This document shows, in pieces, positions 63,506 through 64,000 of a stretch of 64,000 nucleotides of DNA (positions are counted from its first letter, which is position 1; the number at the start of each line of letters is the position of its first letter). The notes under the pieces are model-generated. The model worked only from the letters and a program-made list of their open reading frames with translations, searched no databases and was not told the origin of the DNA. The DNA comes from Takakia lepidozioides. Lineage: Eukaryota; Plantae; Bryophyta. The stretch is from positions 31,682,001 to 31,746,000 of the forward strand of contig CM060734.1 in the NCBI GenBank assembly GCA_030704615.1, given 5' to 3'. Position numbers and translations under genes: made by a program.

Positions 63506-64000
63506 ATGCTGGTTAAAATCCACTCTTGGAATATCAGAGGGATTGGATCTACTCAGTCCTCCCTCAAAAAGGCGAAACTTAAAACCTGGCTTTCCCCGTT
63601 GTTAAATCAAGAAACTATTATCTTGTTACAAGAACATAAATTTGACTTGGCCAAAATCTCATCTTTGGGGGATCAACTCTGGCCCGCAGCCCATAGCTTT
63701 TGGAAACCAACCATACAAGGATCAAGAGGAGGAACAACGATCCTTCTTTCTCCCTCAATAGCTGCCCTGATTCAAAAAGAAGAGATGTGGTTCCAAGGCA
63801 GAGCTCAATTCATCTCTATCATCCTTCCCAATACCGCGGGAACAATAGGCATTGTCAATTTGTACGCCCCTAACTCATCAGCCGAGAGGGAGGCTTTCTG
63901 GGCAAACCTACAAACAAAAATGGAGGCCGAGCTCTCAGTTGAGCAATGGTTACTGATGGGTGACCTCAACATGGTTGAGAGTGTAAAAGACAGGCTGGGG
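63506..64000 (+). CDS. LINE ORF2 N-terminus (AP endonuclease), runs off the window
   Basis: MLVKIHSWNIRGIG...LQEHK...NLYAPN...GDLNMVE; homologous to the ORF starting at 55910. Confidence 0.9.
   Translation, partial: MLVKIHSWNIRGIGSTQSSLKKAKLKTWLSPLLNQETIILLQEHKFDLAKISSLGDQLWPAAHSFWKPTIQGSRGGTTILLSPSIAALIQKEEMWFQGRAQFISIILPNTAGTIGIVNLYAPNSSAEREAFWANLQTKMEAELSVEQWLLMGDLNMVESVKDRLG

Overview
Repeat-saturated eukaryotic DNA, most likely from a non-seed land plant (inferred from PLS/DYW-type PPR fragments, OSB PDF-motif fragments and the LTR lineages). No intact host gene is visible; the window is a stack of nested transposons whose insertion order can largely be read from target-site duplications (TSDs). 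(1) A ~20 kb non-chromoviral Ty3/gypsy element (498-20470, TSD AGTGC) has a long extra 3' ORF and contains a cargo-carrying CACTA (1816-7293) and a solo LTR (12357-13082); it sits in the gag of a minus-strand gypsy. (2) The LTR of that minus-strand gypsy is split by a 10.8 kb Mutator-like element (21420-32246, 9-10 bp TSD). This MULE encodes a GCM/DDE/SWIM transposase and, divergently, a 10-exon gene for a ParB/Srx-like domain fused to a beta-class amino-(N4C/N6A)-DNA-methyltransferase-like domain, whose introns hold eight copies of one palindrome. This is the most interesting system in the window. (3) A chromoviral pol with its 3' LTR. (4) A 5.7 kb DNA transposon (8 bp TSD) carrying an atypical protein kinase, a SWIM fragment and an inverted 120 bp satellite. 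(5) A tRNA-Ala-primed gypsy remnant with a micro-inversion across its protease, fused to a second chromovirus that hosts a second CACTA carrying PPR/DYW and OSB fragments. (6) Two L1-like LINEs. All domain calls come from motif recognition by eye, not database searches, and most coding regions are decayed.
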